From: Trichosphaerium sp. ATCC 40318
Taxonomy: Eukaryota > Protista > Tubulinea
Assembly: GCA_038496445.1 (NCBI GenBank)
Contig: JALMLS010000578.1
Coordinates: forward strand, 372,001 to 436,000
DNA length: 64,000 nt
Direction of reading: 5' to 3'
Part shown: positions 26,041-40,172 of the stretch, one piece after another
Numbering within the stretch: the first letter of the stretch is position 1
Layout of the letters: each line of letters opens with the position of its first letter
Notes under the pieces: model-generated
Told to the model about the DNA's origin: nothing
The model's database searches: none
Seen by the model: only the letters and a program-made list of their open reading frames with translations
Position numbers and translations under genes: made by a program

Positions 26041-27282
26041 AGTTGTAATTTAAAAAAAACCCGTTTCACATCAACCTTCTTTACTTGTCAAACACGTGAT
26101 AACACATACCGTGACTAAGCTCATCATTATACTAAACTGCTTTGTGCTCAAAATATCGTACAATGTAAGTGCCTTGTTGTCATCACCGTCATCTAGCGTT
26201 AAGATTGTAGTAATTGTCTGACCAATGCGACTAACGATCCAATTTGTACTTAAACCACATGAACCTTACCGCCATTTTCTGTCATGCTTGAAAAGGTATA
26301 GCTACCATGCAATAACTTTGTTACCAGGCACATTGTGTAATTGGAAGCTGTTTCAGTAAATAAAATGATTCAGAAGTGGTAAGCATGTTGTTGTGTTTAT
26401 ACGTAAGTTCTATGCTGGAGCTTTTATTCCGGATTTGACGTGAAATAACGCTATTTGTGGTAGCGCTAAGCCAGATTTTTCGAGACGGTTTGTGAACATA
26501 GGTAGCCTTTTGCAACTCTGCAAGCTATACTATTAGTGTATCCTTATGGAGTACTTTACGTGAGCATAAGTACAGAAAGTCACGTGCGTGCTACAAATCG
26601 GGAGTGGCCTTTTAAAAAGCAGGCTTAACGTTAAATAAATCGCGCTATTTCAGGTCAAATCCAACGTCAATCGACACCTCCAACAAATGAGGCTCCCATC
26701 AACTTACCTCCGACTCTAACAGGTGTAAATCAAGCAAACTGACTACAGAATCACAGTTCACAATTGTTTTGATTCACAAAATTGACTGTTGCAACAACCA
26801 CAGATTATCTACCCAATTCTATAGAAAACTGGGCATGGGTAAATTAGCTAACAACTTTCTTGGCAGAAAGGCAAAAGAGATGGCACACATAGTACACCAA
26901 ATTGAACTTTCTAAAAAATACCTAACCAACAGAAAAGCAAATCACGCAATTCGAACGAGCGACGGCGAGGAATATCTGATTAATGAACACACATAAAAAA
27001 CGAACAGAGAGGACGTTTCCAAGCTGAGGCTTGTGTTGTATTAATGTTAAGCGAAACGTGCTCGATAAAAGTAAAACATAGTCAAATAAACCAAACAAAC
27101 AACATTCCAAGGTCGTATGGCCAACGTTCAGGACCTTCCACGCAATAGTACACCTTCCCAATCAACTAGAGCAAGTAAAATCGCCAAAAAGTACAAAGAT
27201 GCTCTAAAACCAACATTTAAAGCGGCCAGTACTACATTACAGGTACGACGGAAGCGGCAAAACGCTAACAATTTGTTTTTGC

Positions 27283-27410
27283 TCTGCGCACGGTTCGGCC
27301 AGCGCGAATGGACCGAAAACAAGCATTGTAGCCTTTTAGTTTGGTTTTATTTTTATTTATTGCCAAAAGCATTTGCAACTTCTGCGCACGGTTCGGCCAG
27401 CGCGAATGGA
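27283..27410. repeat. Two identical GC-rich 30-bp direct repeats (27283-27312, 27381-27410)
   Basis: tctgcgcacggttcggccagcgcgaatgga x2 with a 68-bp spacer. Confidence 0.9.
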
Positions 27411-27531
27411 ACCACTGTACTTGTTTTAGCATGTTTAAAGACAAAAAAAATCGCAATCTTTCGTTAGGAGATAATGTCATAGCATTTTCTTACGCGTACC
27501 CTAGGAGGCAGTTGCTGATAAGATAGGCGAA

Positions 27532-27738
27532 ATGGCATTAACAATTGTTGAACTTGAAGCTAAACTACAAAACCAAAAAGGCGTTAAACGCAAAGCCGAC
27601 GAGTTAGAAGTAAAGAACAAGGAGCTAACAGCTGAAAATAAGCTTTTGCGTACAAAGCTACGAAAAATAAGCGTTTACGCTTCAAATAGTGACGTAGAAG
27701 AAGTAGACGACGTTATTCTCATCCCCTCAACAACATAA
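27532..27738 (+). CDS. Small coiled-coil protein (may be part of a gene starting at 27117)
   Basis: ATG-initiated 68-aa ORF with heptad pattern (LEAKLQ..LEVKNKELTAENKLLRTKL). Confidence 0.35.
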   Translation: MALTIVELEAKLQNQKGVKRKADELEVKNKELTAENKLLRTKLRKISVYASNSDVEEVDDVILIPSTT

Positions 27739-28376
27739 GTTGTCACTCAAGAAAAAAAGTCACAAACGTCAAAATGATGTACAGCGAATAGCAATCGACA
27801 AAGGAACTACCTCCACGCGTCTAGTGCACGGAACCTTCACAAAAGGAAGTCGTACGGGCTGTCGGCTGACAGAAAAGAAGAAAAAAAAAAACAGCAATCT
27901 TTAAGTTGTAGAATGGATCGAAGGGCGGGTAAATAAACGTGCATAGTAATAAGCCTATTTGTGAAGTATATTCTTTTTTTGATGTCGACTAAGGACTATT
28001 TTAATGGAAAAATACAATTCCAAAAAAAAAATGATTTGGCAATATTGACAAGACAACACTGCGCCGAGTTTAAGTTACTGGAAATAAAAGTCTACATCAC
28101 ACGTTTACTGTTCAAACATTCCAGTACAGAAGCGCGCGTGTGAGGTGTGAGGTGTTTGTTGGAGAGTGCTATTGCCTTCCAAAACAAATATTCTGAAGGT
28201 AGTATTTTCTTTACTTTTTTTCAGTAGATACACAACCGGCTATCGGCAGGACGTGGTATTTTGGTAGCAAATTCTGGACTGTTATATTTAGAGGAAAGAT
28301 ATAGTAGTTTATTATTCACAAAGAGTCTTATAGTACATTTATTTACAAGGTATATTTTTGAATGTTGGTTTGTCGG

Positions 28377-28859
28377 TCAGTTGCACATAAACGCCAAAGA
28401 CATTTGTTGTCGTGATGCTAGAGGTGCTGTTTTATAGCATTTCTTTGATACTAGCCTGAATTTAATAGTACCAGACTTGGTTAGTGGTCTAAAAGTCCGC
28501 GTCATTGGTATAGCTGGTTTCCTTCTTCTTCTAGGTCGTTTATGAACGCTAGACGCTTGATTGCATTCGTGCCAATTCGCTGGCGAGTAGAGTACGTTTG
28601 CGTTTGTAGATTTCTTTACAGTAGACTTGAATATAACACCAGGAGAGTCTGGAATTGATAACTGGAGTTTTTGTTGAAAAGTCTTCTGGTTTTTACGCCA
28701 CACGTTAGGACCTTCTTCAAAGAAAGCGTAATTGGTAGGTCCTTTAGATGAAGGGGTTGTTGGATTATATGGTCTGAATTGAAATTGGACTACGCGTTGT
28801 TGCGTAGAGCCTTTCTTGAAGCTTTCGGCTTTTACTTGCTGGAATGTAATCTGTTGCAT
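28377..28859 (-). CDS. Intronless basic/disordered 160-aa protein
   Basis: ATG-initiated ORF with NLS-like HKRPRRRRK, ending MSLAFMCN. Confidence 0.55.
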   Translation of the reverse strand: MQQITFQQVKAESFKKGSTQQRVVQFQFRPYNPTTPSSKGPTNYAFFEEGPNVWRKNQKTFQQKLQLSIPDSPGVIFKSTVKKSTNANVLYSPANWHECNQASSVHKRPRRRRKPAIPMTRTFRPLTKSGTIKFRLVSKKCYKTAPLASRQQMSLAFMCN

Positions 28860-30249
28860 GGTTTTTTTGTAAACTAGCGATGGTGTATTGCTTTAATGAG
28901 AATTTTTACCAAATAATGAAAATGATCCTTAACTTGCTCAATCCCAAAAATGGATAATTTCTGCATTTAGTTCAACAATTTTTACCACGTGTTAAAACCC
29001 TCTACGCTTATACAACGTTATATCGATACTTTAAAGTAAATACAAATTGTGACATTCGCATTTCTTGAAGATTCGAGTAACACTTCTCAAAAACAAGCTT
29101 AAACGCTCTTATTATCATCCTAGATCGCTTATTTAGCTATTTAATGATGTTTCAAGGGCTATTGACCGCTATTTTGTTTTTCCGGCCGCAAATAGAGTCT
29201 AAGCAAAAAATATCGGCAAGAATAGTCCTGATAATGTACTATTCGTATCTACTAGCGCTAAAACGGATTTGTGTAGAGGTAGTTCTGCTTATTCGCTTTT
29301 GAACATACAGTACTTCTGTAGTTCTTAAAAAAGAATGTAATGCAGCAATTACGGAATGATACTCCTATGATAATATAATGGTGTATCTAGCATAACTTAC
29401 TAAAAGCGTAAACTCAACAGAAAAAAAAATTCATATCTTTGTTTTAAAAAAGAAGGAAAAAAACCTTATTCGGGTTTAAGCTTCTATTATGGAAAAAATT
29501 TAGAATAGAATTTCTCAACACAAGTACCCCGAGAGAAACATGTACCCATATTGATATAGGAAATCAAGTTGGTAGTTATATCGTGAGGTAACGTTATACC
29601 AAAAAAAACACCACGAAGTATGCTTTGTAATGTTGCAATAGTATATTGTTAATTTTTAACGGTGAGAAAAGGGATATGGTTTTTGTAATTGGACAATTTG
29701 TTGTTCAAAATACCCGAATTATTTCTTCATTCATACATACCACTACAACTCTTTCGTATTGCTTCATACTTTTTATCCTTTTGTGGTACAGCAGCGTACA
29801 TACCAAGTACACTAGATATAAAACTGGCATTTAACAAAAGCAAAAGAAATTAGTCCCAAAAAACGCGACAATGTACTTGTAGCACACAGTACTACACCCG
29901 AATCTATAGAAAAAGTCGCAATGTTTGCTGTGATATAACTTCACGAGGAAGCCCTCTGAGATAGCTTATTATTACACTTATCACCTTATTTATTATCGTA
30001 TAATGTTGTGCAATGTGACAAAGTCATTTGAAGATTTCATCGTTGTCATCTGCAACAAAGAGCAAAAATACGCTACACTGCAACAAGTTGCACAGTATTG
30101 TGCTTAGACTAATACTTATGAGCGACAACGCTAAGAAATGAGTATGGAGGACAAGTTCAAGATGTAGCTAAAAAGAAAAAAAAACCACTAATATTTTCTG
30201 TTGTACCCAAGACGGCATTGTCAAAGAGTTTATTGTTATTATTAGATAC

Positions 30250-31664
30250 TTATACCGTTTCGATAAAACTTAAAATAACACCGTCAGTGTTATTTTTGTA
30301 TTTGAAAACTCTGGCGTAAGTAAAATCGTTCGTGACATCTTTGTGTATTAATCCAGCTTTTTTAAGTTGTTCCAAAAAATGTTTGAATGTCTCCGGGTTA
30401 CGTCTTGCTGTTGCAAAATACGCGCAGGCGTTAATACCACTTTCTTTTGCTTTTTTTAAATAATATAATAGAACTTTAACCAAGCAATTGGTGAGACCAG
30501 GGTCGTAACACTAAAAATAAAATAAAAAACGTGAGTACAAAGCTTTTTCAGACAATCCAAGTTTGAACCGGTTACGAAGTTCTAATATTATGAACATACC
30601 ACATCTGCCGCGAGTATGATCTCTGGTATGTAATCTATTTCTTTACCAGTAAAATTTTCCCAGTCAAGTTGTTGAACTCGTACAGAGTCACTTTGTACTT
30701 CATCTAATTCAAAAAAAATTAAAAAGACGGCTTGGAATACGCAGCTGCTAGAGTACGTACTAATCTTTAGATTTTGTGATAGATTCCCTAATACTTCTGA
30801 AGTATAATCCGTCAATGTGAGCATCGATGGATTGACATAAGAAAGTACAACGCCAGTAAGACCTATTTTAATTAGTTTGAGCACTGAAAAAGTGAATACA
30901 AAGCGTGAATTTTCTGAAGCGACTTTCTTTTGAAAACACAAAGCACACGTGCCAGTGAAACGTTTTACAGTACGTACCAATACCCGATCCGAGTTCTAGA
31001 CATTTCTTTCCAGCAAATAGTTCTTGTGAAGAGTGTTACAAAGGTAAACTTTCGTGGAGCTTTTTTTTACGTTACCCGGATTATCAATTATAAACTCGGC
31101 TAGTACATATCCAGCCTCCCATTCAGTTAATCCAACGTTATCTAGTTGGTCTGATAGCTTAATGGTAAGTGTACGAGGCGATGCTACTCCTTTTGGTTGT
31201 ATTGTGTAGGTTTTATGACAAACATCGCGCATTTTACCTTCTCTATCTCTTTATTAGCTGGGAGATGCGTTTTAAGACATTTTAAGACGAAAATACGCTT
31301 CTAAATCGTTTTTTTCTTAAGCGTACGTGAATGCGCGTTGTGTTCCGCCCATCATGCCCATAAAAAGCGTTAGAAGCGGTTCATATACCTCCTTGGCGTT
31401 GATTTAATGGAAGACCTCAGAACTTATTTGTACTTTGCGATTTCGCTGTAATTCGTCTATTAGCCATCTCACAAACCTCTCAGTGTACTTTTTACGAGGT
31501 GGGAATTTTTGTACATGCTCGTTGAATAAAACAGTGTCATACAACAATTGTTGATTTGCCAGTACGCCCCAGTCTACAGGTGCGCTTTTAAAATGGTCGC
31601 AAAGCTCCTTGAAAGAAACCATTTGCCTATAATCGCACAAAACATCGTAGCACAGAGCCTCCAT
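30250..31664 (-). CDS. EEF2KMT: FAM86/EEF2KMT-like protein-lysine methyltransferase
   Basis: FAM86 N-terminal domain (KFPPRKKYTERFVRWLIDELQ); VGLTEWEAGYVLAEF; spliced LELGSGIGLTG; LDWE; ILAADVCYDP; ATARRNPETF. Confidence 0.85.
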
Positions 31665-31787
31665 GCTCGCTAACAGAATAAAATCGTATTACAGCTATGT
31701 AAACTTAAAACAAATGAGCTTAACCAAATTACAAATTTTGACGGCGCAATTCTTCACAAGTATTTGGGAAACCACTACAACGCCTCC

Positions 31788-34700
31788 ATGCTCTCTATAC
31801 ATAAGAAAAAGACGGATACCGTCGATTTAGACAAGCCGTTACGAGCTTTTATCACAGCAAACCACCCAAATGTCGAAATATTCAACGACGCTCTCCTAGA
31901 CATTAATAATTTACGGGAGAACATAAAAGGCTCTCAGGATCAAAATGAAAACGCTTTTAATTTATATTACCGGTAGGTACGCTCCTGAGATGCTGTGATA
32001 TTAATAATTTTAGGTATTATGCCTATGTGGCGTCAATTTCTGGTAGAGTGCCAATAAATGAACAAGAGGTACGTAGTTTGCCTCAATACCACCTCTCCCA
32101 TTATTTCTGTTAACCGAATTCAAGATACGCATCAATTTCATCTGGTACGACGCGTTTAAATCCAAGAAGCACAGTACGTTCTTATACGCGCCTATCCTTC
32201 AAAATGACCATTATTCTTCTCCTCAAACTCATTTTTACGCTTCTACAGCCTTCCAAACGCTCGAGTCTTACTTATTTTTGTCCTGTAGCATGCTATCTTC
32301 CTCAATACGAACTTGGAAGCATTATGTTTAATCTTGGAGCTCTCATGTCTCAAGCAGGCGCAGCCGTTAACAGATCAACTGATGATGGTATAAAAAACGC
32401 TTCTAAACTATTCCAGACTTCTGCTGGATGTTTTCTAATGGCTCGTAACGTCATGGGAGCGTCTCCGTCCGCAGCTGTATCTGAGGATCTTGGAGCAGAG
32501 CCACTACAAATGCTAACAGATATGATGCTCGGACAAGCACAGGAGTGCTTTGTAGAGAAAGCAAACAAAGCAAAAATGAAACCAAAGATTGTAGCCATGC
32601 TTGCTGCCCAAGCTGCTGATTTTTACCAACAAGCACGTGCCAGAATGAACACAATCAAGAATTTGATGAAAGCAAAGGTATGGGAGTGTCTTCTCTATGA
32701 TCGATTCTTTTTGTTTATTTTTTCATTTTAGAAAGTTAGAAATTGGCCTTTAGTTATGGATTATAGATCGAGTTATATGAATGCCTTGGCTCATTATAAA
32801 TTGGGTTTGGCGTGCCAAGACGCTTGTGAATATGGAAAAGAAGTAGCACGTCATGGATTAGCGCTTAAGTTTTTGGGTGCGCTGAAGAACTAAAAGAAGT
32901 TTTTTTCATCTTTTTTTTTCTTTTTGTTCAGAAATTCCTTTGAAGGTCCGACCTTTTCGAAACAACTATTTGTGTAATGGTACTCATTATATTTAATTTT
33001 AGATGGTGTTAAATCTGCTAAGCTACCACAAAAACTTTCCTTACAAGATGAGTTCAATAGATTTTACAATCAAGTCCATTCTGCCTTGATGCTAGCCGTT
33101 AAAGACAATAATCAAATTTACCATGAATCAGTACCAAATGAGCATAACCTTGAACCATTGGCCAAAAAGGCTATGGTACGCGCTGTACAACCTGATGCTT
33201 CGAAACTAGAGATCCCAAAAGAAATGGGTACGATCAATTGTTGTACTTTTTTTTTTGTAAAAAACATTTTATTTCTCATTTCAATGGCGTTTTGTGGCCG
33301 TATCGTATGGTTTTAAGTGCAAACACGTACATACACGTACTGATAAAAATATTTTTATCTGCTTAGATGCCGCTGAAAGAGAAAACAGCAGCGGATTTTT
33401 TTTTCTGTTTTTTTTTACCGAAAATTTAAGGTATTTGTTCGTGTAGTGGTACTAATTATATTGTTGTAGATCCATTCACTCAACTTGTTCCTTTCCGTAT
33501 TCTCAAAGCATCAAGCGTATACACTGAGAGAAAGGATGAATTGGTTAGATCAGTTGTTAAACAAGTTGAAGACTATAATGGCGTTTCAAAGACATCTCTC
33601 CGTGAAATGGGTCTTCCTGGGTCTCTTGAAGCTGCAGAGTCACCTACAGGTATACCTGTCGCACTACAAACAAAGATGCAGCGTGTTAGACGTGAAGGTG
33701 GTACCAAATCAATTAAGGAACAAATGGAAGTTTTGGCGGGTATGGCTGAAGAGGCGAAAGGCATGGTGGCAAAGACTACCAAGCTTCTTGATGATGAAGA
33801 AAACGAAGATAATGCAATGAGACAGAAATACTCAGGACGATGGGCAAGGACACCAAGTCATATGTACGTACAGTACTTTTTTTTTGGTTCTTTTTCCCCC
33901 TTTGTTCACTGGTTTCCCTTTGTCTTCTATTGTGCTTATACGTTTTAGTCTGACTGTACAACAACGTGAGGAAGAAAAGAAATACAGAGCACATATTGAG
34001 CATGCTGTCAAATCTGATGCCTTTGTGAAAGAGAAATTCAATGACAATGCGCAATATATTGATATGTTGGCAAAACCAGAATCTGAGCTTGCTACTATTC
34101 TTCCACAGGATAGTCGCGCATCAAGCGATAAACAAATAGTTTCAAGACTTAGAGGACTTGTAAGTGAGCTTGAAAAGTTAGATCAGACAAGAACAAAGTT
34201 ATTACAAGACCTTAGAGATATGGCACAAAAGGTACTATTTTTATCTTTTGTTATTTATTTAGTTTGTTGAAAACGATACCGCTTTTTGACACGTGCTTTT
34301 GTTCACACTCGAAAGATATTATTTCTTGAGAGATAAATTCAACCAAAAGAACTTTATTTCAGAGTGTTTAAAAGCCAGAACGTTGTTTATTTTTTTTTGT
34401 TTTCAATTATATTTTTTTCTAATGCGAAACTTTAGGATGATATAACGAATATTATGATTACCAAGAGCGAAAATGAGTTTGAAGAAGTATTTAATGTTGG
34501 TCTTACTAAGTATACACCAATTGTCACTAGTATAAGAGAAACAAGTGATACACAATCAACACTTCTATCAAAAATTATGGTGAGTTTTTTTTTGTTGATT
34601 TTTTTTTTCAGTTCACTTTAAACAGCTGTTAACGCATCTGTCAGGATGAGAATGCCAAGTTTGTCAACTCAAGAGGAAGTGCTACTGCTCAAACACAGGA

Positions 34701-35722
34701 GAGACAAAACTTATTGAATCGCTTAGATGAAGGCTTCAGGGTTTACTGCGAACTACGCGAGAACCTAAGGCAAGTTAAACATTTCCTGACTTAACCAAGA
34801 AACTACCGAAAGTTTTTTTGATATTATGTTTTCGTTTCACCGTTTAGTTGCTTATTCTCTTTGTGTGATAGTGAGGGCATCCAATTTTACTTGAACTTTC
34901 AAGAATTGCTACGGAAGTACAAAGTTAAGTGTGCTGACTTCGTATACGCACGTACAACAGAAAGGGAGGATTTGGAGAGAGAAATCTCTAACGCTGCTAA
35001 AAATGTTGCTTCTGCGCGTACTGATACAAATATGACTGACGCATACACTGGCGAGGCTTCAGCAATATTTAACCAAGGTAAGATACGCGTAGCTGTGTTG
35101 TTTGGTTTTTCACTAAAATCTCTTCAGGAACTACCTATCCTTCTCCTGCAGCTCCTAGAGCTACACAGCAACAGCAACAATTTACACAACAACCTGTTAT
35201 GTCAATGCAGCCTGTTGGAATGTACCCAGCTCACACGCGACCTGTTTACATGCAGCCAGTGATGCAGCCTACAATGCAACCAATGCAACCTGTAATGATG
35301 ACGCCACAAGTACGCAAAACTTTTTTTGTAGTTCGCATTATATCTTTTTCGCGCCCAAAAACCACAAAAAGTCCGACAAAGGGAAACTTGTAGAGCAAAA
35401 AAAATCTCGTACAGGTGTTTTTTTTATCTTTCGTTCAAATTGCCTTTGATGGTTTACATACGCACTGAAAGTGACATTTATGAAAAATCTCGTTGCGAAA
35501 CCCAGATTTTCCTTGCTAGAACATCCGAGTTTACCCAAATTTAGATGTACGTCCCAGGAGCACCTTATCCTACACCACCAAACTCAAATCAACCTAATTC
35601 ATACCCTTACCAACAATATCAACAACCACGTACGTCAAAAAAGCAAGAAATTTCTACGGTTTGTCAAAAAAAGGTCTTCATTCCTAATGTTGCTTTTAGG
35701 CTATCCAAACCAGAAGAAATAA
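31788..35722 (+). CDS. PDCD6IP: ALIX/Bro1-family ESCRT adaptor (BRO1 + V domain + Pro/Gln-rich tail)
   Basis: VDLDKPLRAFI, FIWYDAF, YELGSIMFNLGA, LGQAQECF, KDNNQIYHESVP, MGLPGSLEA, WARTPS, NLSEGIQFY; P/Q/Y-rich C-terminus. Confidence 0.92.
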
Positions 35723-36051
35723 AAAAGAAACACGTTTTTTAAAAATAACCGTGTGTTGTGTTTAAGTGCACTTTGTAAATAAACGCGGTTTTGACCTTTC
35801 TGCAACCACTGCACGTTTATATCTTTGGTTCACTGGGTGTTTATACAAAAAATATTGCGTTTGAGCGATATAGTATACTCCTAGAGTTGTTTTCTGACTT
35901 TTGGAAGTGATTGTGTTCTTTTCTGTTCAGGAAAAAAATGTCCGTTGTTTTGATTGTTCCTTATTACTCTTCGGTAGTTCTAAGCACCTCTTCACTTCCT
36001 TCCTAATTTAAAGAAACACCGACGAGTACAAGGCCTCTACAAAAAAATTAT

Positions 36052-39000
36052 ATGTCTCGAGAACGCGGCAGAGACCACGAAAGAGATCGTGATGATCATC
36101 AAAGGGCTAGAACGCAGAGATTTTATCGTTCCAGTGCATATAATTCTCCAACAAGCAAGGTACAAACATTATCAAAAGGGTTTGCAAGCCTAAATTAGAA
36201 TTACAAGACCAAGAAACGCCATAAGTCATATACGACGCGTCCGCGTAGAGTTACACGTGATTTTAATGGAGAAAGAACAGAAAGAAGTGATAGATCAAGA
36301 GAAAGAAGAAATACAAGGTACAAACTATCGGAGTCTGATAGACGGTCCGATACATGTCTCGTTACTACAAAATACGAACGGTTGCCAACGAAAAAAACCA
36401 GGGTTAAAAGCGCAAGGCGGTATGCACATGAGAGATCTAGTAGTCATAGCCGTGCCGCTTCCCAACTCAATGGTAGTGCGCCTAGTTCTCAAGGAAGACT
36501 ATCATTAAGGAGAACACCTGTGGTACGCAAATACAGAGCGATATAGAAACAGTAAGGTTGATTCATTTCAAAGGACCAAAAATTCAAGACAACATCTATC
36601 CTTACGTCAAAGTATTACAGCCAAAGAAGAACGCAACAATCTCGCTCAGCGCCTGGTAAGCTATTGAAGAAAAAAAATTGTACTGGTTTCCCCAGAACAC
36701 ACTTTTTATTGAAATTTGGATAAACAGGGTATTTACTGTTTTGTCTTAGGAAAGCGAGACAAAGTATCACGTAAAGAGGTACCGTTATCGCCTGCGGATG
36801 ATTTTGTTGTTGAAGAAAGCATGGGAAGCATGATTGCAAAAAAAAGGCGTAGAAAGAGACAGAGTGAGTTATCTGGTAGGCTTAGAAGGTACGCATTTTC
36901 TGTACAACCGGTGGAAACTTATTTTCCGTCAATTCACACGCTTTACGTGAAGTTTTAAAAACATGTCTTCGCAGTATACTCTACTACATTGTGTCTGTCT
37001 GATTCATCTTATAGAGCATGTTCTACACGTTTTGTCAAACCAGATCCAAACGTCTACGTGAACTTGACGACTCGACAACGTTCGTTTAGCTTCGATATGA
37101 GCAACGTACTATTAATTATTGATGTTTTTCTGTCTATTTACAAGTTTGGTTTTAGGAACCTGGCTCACGAAGCCCTCACTCTAATGTACTCAAACAAGAA
37201 GAGCAGATATTCTTACAACGTGGTGTTTTGGACAACTTGAAGAAAATAAGAGAAGATAAGCTTGAAGACGCTCGGTGAGTTGGCCTAACAAAAATATTAC
37301 GAAATTTCCATTTTTGTGAAAAATATTGACTTTGTTGTTAGTCGGCTGAAAAAAATTGAAAAACTGAAAAAACTTCAACAAATGAGGCGTATTGAGGATG
37401 CAGAGCTTGAAGCTCGTCGTATGGAGGAAGACCAAAGAATGTTAGAACGAAGGTATCGTCAGGATGATAAAAGAAGAAAAGAGCGTGATCGTATGGACAA
37501 AATGCTACGTGAACAATTCGAGAGAGAAAAGACGCTAGTCAGACAAAAATGTGAGCAAGAGCAGATGCTTATCAACTCAAAATTGAAAAAGATTGAAGCA
37601 CTTACAACAACTCGCCAAGATGGTGACATGGATGTACTATCAAGACGTGAGAGGCAAAAGAGGTGAGACTAAAACAATTTTTTTTGAAAATACTGATTAT
37701 TTTATTGTAGTTGTCCGAATTTGTCAAAGACTGTTTCTGCTTCTCTTGAGAAGAGTTATGAAGTACTTCAAAAATTGGCTGAATCTACAGGAGATTTAGG
37801 ATTTTCAGGTCATCCTATTGTAAGTGAGTATCTTACAAATGTAAGGAAGTTGCGACAACTTGTTAGCTGTACGTTTTTTTTACCATGGAAGAAAATCATA
37901 TGCGGAGAATTTTACCTTTTCTTATGTTCGTTAGATCTTATGGTGCTTCTTGATGATTCCAAAAGCGACGGTATTGGAACTCTAGTCTGCGTGGTATGCA
38001 AAGACTCTTTTTTTTTTTTGGAAACACGTGATTCTTTATCACAAAAAAAATCACGTGATTTTTTTGAAAAGGTCTTTTGTAACATTTATATTTAGGATCA
38101 AATTGTTCATACTGTTGGTCTAATAGTACCTTACATTGATATCGTTGCAGCAAGAACAATCATTCATGAATACGCCCACAAAATGGTAAAAAAACAAGAA
38201 AAAAACGCTTTAGTTCGATCTCTTATTTTTCCTTTCAGATTTTATGTTTGTGTTAACCATTACTTTCGTTATTGTTTAATTGTTACTAGTAATAACAAAC
38301 TAACTACCTTTTCTTTACATAGACAGCTTTGACTATCGAAATCTTTCATCGTGGGAGCAAGCTCAAGTTATCGCATGAAGAGAAGGATGCCATACGTAAT
38401 CACATGGGTGCTCTATGCCAAGATGTTACTGCATACGTTAGAAGGTCTATACTACCATTACCAACAGCAGCGCCTTTAGTCAGGAGCGCAATGGTACAAG
38501 ACAAAAGAGTAGATATCACAACATGGTTAACTTTTTTTTAATAGAGTTTCACGAGAAGCGGATGGAATTTCTTCAATCTTTTCTCAGAGAATACAACAGT
38601 ATCACCTATTATTCTATCTCTAAGGACATTACTAAAGAGATCAAAGGAAGTATCAACAAATATCCAAGCAGTACGTTGTTTTTTTGTTGGTTGAAGAAAC
38701 AAATCTTAGTTTTTGTTTTTTTTTCTTTGTTGAGACGGTCATCAATAACTTATATTTTAGTACCCTTTGGATTCTAAAGTAGGTGATAATAAAGAGAAAA
38801 TAAGTACCATTACAGTGAGTATTCAGAGATACAAGAAGTTGATCAGAAAGATAAAAGCACTCGAGAAAAAAGACAAGATGGGAAAAAGTAAGTCTACTTT
38901 TCCTTTTTGTTGGTTTGCTTTGTTAACTGTATTTTATAGTTCCTGATGAAGTTATTCTACAAGCCTTATCTACAACACGTAGAATGATGGTTTCAATGCA

Positions 39001-39058
39001 ACATTTTGTTGATTATCATAACGAGAGACAAGTCACCACGGAGAAAACTATTTTGTAA
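36052..39058 (+). CDS. Orphan protein: R/S/D-rich N-terminus, charged coiled coil, helical C-terminus (multi-exon)
   Basis: MSRERGRDHEKDRDDH start, R/E-rich exon within 37316-37666, consistent GT-AG exon chain to TAA at 39056-39058. Confidence 0.6.
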
Positions 39059-40172
39059 AAAAAATATAAATGTGAAAAAAAACAAACAAAAAAATTATAA
39101 TTGTAAATGTCAGCAATGTTGTTCTCATGCTTACAATGAGCTACTGATACAAGTATCAAACATTTCCACAACATACCATTCATCTCATGGAACATCTTTA
39201 TCTTGTAATTACGCTAAGAAAATGGCAAGCCAACAGCTAAAACATATCCAGAATTTGTCGCTACTTACAAGGAACCACCTGTCATTCTTTTCGAACCAAA
39301 TTTTTTTCGAGATGTTTGTACCTGTTACAAGCCCTTACCATGTGTTGTTTTACGGGTTGTATTTGTAAGACGGAAACATGTTTTTGTAACGCTCCGTACT
39401 CTAGAAACATATTGACTATAAGAATCATGTAAATAAAGTAGTTAGTTTTTAATATAATCTCGTACGTTATCTCTTGGAACCTTACAGTTTTAACGTCAAT
39501 TTTGAAAAGATAGCGTATACGTTTGTTATTGTTAATGTGTGATCATTATCGTAACATACATTGACGTAACTACAGGTTTACTTAACAAAAACAAACTGTA
39601 ATGCATCCGAGTGGACAACATTGTAAAGACATATCCCTAACTTTCACATAGATAGTTGTTTTGTAGTTATACATACTGTGATCTCCGCGGAGTGATTTCG
39701 ATTCACAACTTCACACCGCAAGTTAAAAGTATGTTGTAGACATGTTAGCTTTAGACGACAACAGTGTAAAGACATCCCGAACACGGCTATAGCGCAACAT
39801 TGCGATTAAATCTACACACATGGCGTGTACATTTGTTAGTTATAAGGATATAAATGCCTTAATAATAACGCTACACAGTCACTCGTAACAACTATTTTTT
39901 AGAGTTTACAAGTGTATCACGTGATGCTTAAAGTTTGTCCGATGAATACCCGGTGCGTGAGAGTTAGTGAAAAGTTGTTGGAGGTAAGTGAGTGTTTCAC
40001 AGATCCCACACTCGAATTTTCTCGTACGTAGGCTGAAGTACCGTTACAAAACGCAGTTGTTATTCCAAACGCGGCCCAACAATTCACGTAATCATAAATT
40101 GATCACATTCTCGCATTCGCTAGATATTCATAACGACAAAGCACCCAACAACAAACGAAGCAAATGAATAAA

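Noticed and set aside
27283-27410. CRISPR array, or tRNA/Pol III B-box (GGTTCG)
   Set aside because: Only two repeats with a 68-bp spacer, no cas genes and a eukaryotic context. No cloverleaf or A-box.
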